Below, in pieces: positions 61,901-64,000 of a stretch of DNA of 64,000 nt (the first letter of the stretch is position 1; every line of letters begins with the position of its first letter). The translations under genes were made by a program, and so were the position numbers. The notes below the pieces were generated by a model that made no database searches, was not told the origin of the DNA, and saw only the letters and a list, made by a program, of their open reading frames with translations. Source of the DNA: Gracilinanus agilis (taxonomy: Eukaryota); assembly GCF_016433145.1 (NCBI RefSeq), contig NC_058130.1, forward strand, positions 772,395,996 through 772,459,995, given 5' to 3'.

Positions 61901-63874
61901 CACTTCTCTCTGGAAGGATGATTTTCAGATAGGCTAGTAGAGTTCTTACTTAGTAAGGCCAGCTCCCTGGTGACCATCAGTTAGAGAGACTTTGGCCAGT
62001 GCCATGGGTGGGTAGGATTCTGTCATGTTGCACTGTGCTAGCACAGACTTCACAAACTCAAAGTCCTCTCTCTACCTCTAGGAGAATTCAGAGGACCTTA
62101 GTGAAGGCTGGGAATGCTTCTCAGTTTGGGGCTTTGCATGTACCCATGCAAAGGTAAACACACAGCCCGCTCTCCAGTGCCTTCAGCAAGGGTTTAGTGG
62201 CCTGGGTTTCTGTTGAGTTTGACCCTTCTGAGCTAATGACATCTGTGTGTGGGCCATGGTCAAGTTGCTTTTGTTGAGTTTGATGAATAGTTTCTCTGGA
62301 GCCTAAGCCATCTGTATTCTTCCAGGCAAATAATTGTGAAATTTGTCCATAGGAAGGAAAACGGAGTATCTGTGGTGAACCCACCATTTTTTACATGATC
62401 CACTGTGGAACGGCTTTGTATAATAATCTATTATGGAGTAATTGGTCCATCGATTCTCTTTCCAAGGTGATGATCATTGGAAATAGTTTCAAAGGAATTG
62501 AAGCAAAGTAAGTGCCTGAAATCATCTACTTAAGACATGAGTTGAAGTTTGCTTTTAGCCTTTCAACATTTCAGACCACCTTCCCATCCTGGCCTGCTGT
62601 TACCATTCTCCCAAAATTAAGTATTTAAAAAGTGGATAAAAAAATGAATGTCAGAGGCTTCTGAGATAAAATGTGAGTGAATCACAGAATCTCTCTTCCT
62701 CTTCCACATCAAGTAAAATGTCCCTTTTGACAACAAATGCTTCAGATTGGTTAATTTGTAAATAGTTGAATAACTGCAGTCAGGCTTTGAGGTTATAGCC
62801 ACATACAATGGATCAGTATCTATTGGAGCTGAGCATTAGCTTCTGATGATTCATCTTCCTAAAGTATAAAATCCTGAAGCATTAGGACAGGAAGTGTGGA
62901 TGCTGAAGGAGAGCAAATTTAGGCTTGGCCAAGGGAAACTAATTAAGAGCCAATTAAAAGTAAAATGGTCCACCTGGGAAGGTAGTAAGCTTCTCTTCCT
63001 TCCTGGAAGTCTTTAGGCAGAGGCTGGAGGACCTACCTCTGGCTAGGGATGTTGTAGGGAGGGATCATATACTCACTCCCCTTGTCCATTTACGTTCTCA
63101 CTTCTGATTATGGTTTATTTCTAGGTTGTTAACAAGGATTCTGCAGAAAAATTACCCCTATGTGGCAAAGGTATGTATACTCTGTAGACTGGGGAAACAA
63201 TTTAGTCTTTTTAGCTTTTCCTCAGTGTTTAAAAAAAAATCTACATTCAAATTATGTAGGAGGAAATAAATTAGCCTATAATTGAAACAAGAATTAAGTG
63301 AATATAGATCTGTTCTTGGGAAGTGATTCAATGAGCTTGATTACAATAATGGGTCTATTTCAGTCCATTGAGACAACTCTTAGGTTGCTTCCTAATGTCT
63401 TTGTTAAATTGTTTCTAATTTTTACTCCACTCATTAAAATTATGGTCAAACATTTCATTGCTCATGGGACTTTGAGGCAGGAGCACCAAAGGTTTTTGGT
63501 TTGTTTTTTTTTGTTTGTTTTGTTTTTTTAACTGGAAGCCAACATCTGTTATTTAAGTTAGAATAAACAATCAACACCAAAAGACTACATCTAGCATTCA
63601 CTGAGAAGGAAGGAAATAAGCTTGAGAGGCTAATTGATTTTTACCTTTGGATTCTTTCTAGATTTTAAAAGGAATAGAAGAAATTGAATTTCCCCAGACA
63701 TCGCAATATATGGATGTATTTAATGATACTGCTATCCATTGGTTTCCTTTACAAAACCTGAAGGAGTTCCCCAGTGAAATGTGGACATTCCAAGAAGAGC
63801 CAGACTATTCAGAAAGTGAAGAGCTAGAAATCATCAGGAACAAGAGGAAGTCAACTCAGCCCTTTCTTCGGTGA
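55803..63874 (+). CDS. SRRD: SRR1 domain-containing protein, spliced CDS join(55803..55948,58640..58680,61158..61414,61498..61596,62353..62507,63125..63170,63662..63874), 318 aa
   Basis: 957 nt, phase-compatible GT-AG exons; motifs [57 protein letters not shown] match the recalled SRRD/SRR1 family. Confidence 0.96.
56355..56550 (+). mobile_element. SINE1_Mdo-like SINE
   Basis: Head, CORE, tail. Confidence 0.85.
57410..58100 (-). mobile_element. Cluster of SINE pieces with RTE-like (57576-57675) and L2 (57680-57785) fragments
   Basis: Three CORE segments; gttgctagccccatgcccaaccctcctcc RTE-like text; L2 RT-like text. Confidence 0.65.
58640..58680 (+). CDS. SRRD: SRRD exon 2
   Basis: [13 protein letters not shown]; taacag| ... 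|gtgagt. Confidence 0.95.
59233..60372 (-). mobile_element. Older LTR-like element (host, about 59233-59747 + 60364-60372) split by LTR copy B
   Basis: TG..CA-type ends, reverse-strand AATAAA near 59283, reverse ACTACATTACCC motif at 59425-59437; no TSD found. Confidence 0.5.
59748..60357 (+). mobile_element. Solo LTR (copy B), 610 bp, termini TG...TA, 6-bp TSD GGAGTC
   Basis: GGAGTC at 59742-59747 and 60358-60363; homologous to 13558-14155 (reverse); TATAAAA at 60211. Confidence 0.87.
61158..61414 (+). CDS. SRRD: SRRD exon 3
   Basis: [14 protein letters not shown]...[33 protein letters not shown]; ttcag| ... |gtaagg. Confidence 0.96.
61498..61596 (+). CDS. SRRD: SRRD exon 4
   Basis: [33 protein letters not shown]; gtgcag| ... 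|gtaaga. Confidence 0.97.
61624..61830 (+). mobile_element. SINE1_Mdo-like SINE
   Basis: Flanked by aagaataagaatgtgct direct repeats. Confidence 0.88.
62353..62507 (+). CDS. SRRD: SRRD exon 5
   Basis: [51 protein letters not shown]; catag| ... |gtaagt. Confidence 0.97.
63125..63170 (+). CDS. SRRD: SRRD exon 6
   Basis: [15 protein letters not shown]; ttctag| ... |gtatgt. Confidence 0.96.
63662..63874 (+). CDS. SRRD: SRRD exon 7 (last coding)
   Basis: [31 protein letters not shown]...[26 protein letters not shown]. Confidence 0.96.
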   Translation: MLKGIEEIEFPQTSQYMDVFNDTAIHWFPLQNLKEFPSEMWTFQEEPDYSESEELEIIRNKRKSTQPFLR

Positions 63875-64000
63875 TATTGGTTTGCCATTATGGTATAGTG
63901 GACTTTGAAGTACAGACCCAGAAAGACTTGGTTTCATCTGGCCTTGTTCAAGTTCTAGAGGCCCCATGCTCTAGGTGGACAGACTATAGCAGAACACGTC

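Noticed and set aside
63875-64000. TFIP11 3' end, expected to converge on SRRD by synteny
   Set aside because: No TFIP11 coding sequence or polyadenylation signal is recognisable within the remaining 126 nt.

Overview
Vertebrate genomic DNA, not prokaryotic. The dense tRNA/CORE-derived SINEs (SINE1_Mdo-like and MAR1-like), L2, CR1 and marsupial-type L1 indicate a didelphid marsupial, most likely Monodelphis domestica (inference). The window holds the conserved ASPHD2 (+) / HPS4 (-) / SRRD (+) block. ASPHD2 has 3 coding exons (369 aa, one GC-AG intron); its first non-coding exon lies outside the window. HPS4 has 13 coding exons (701 aa). SRRD has 7 coding exons (318 aa) and shares a CpG-island bidirectional promoter with HPS4. 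All exon boundaries were read from the sequence and checked for phase. Introns are packed with retroposons. The most notable unexplained structures are an 84-bp MITE-like hairpin with pri-miRNA-like geometry, a 52-bp long inverted repeat, a 5'UTR-only L1 fragment with intact target-site duplications (TSDs), two related solo LTRs with TG..TA ends and 6-bp TSDs, and uORF-rich leaders in ASPHD2 and HPS4. I found no novel protein-coding system. Homolog comparisons are from recollection of the human proteins, not from a search.
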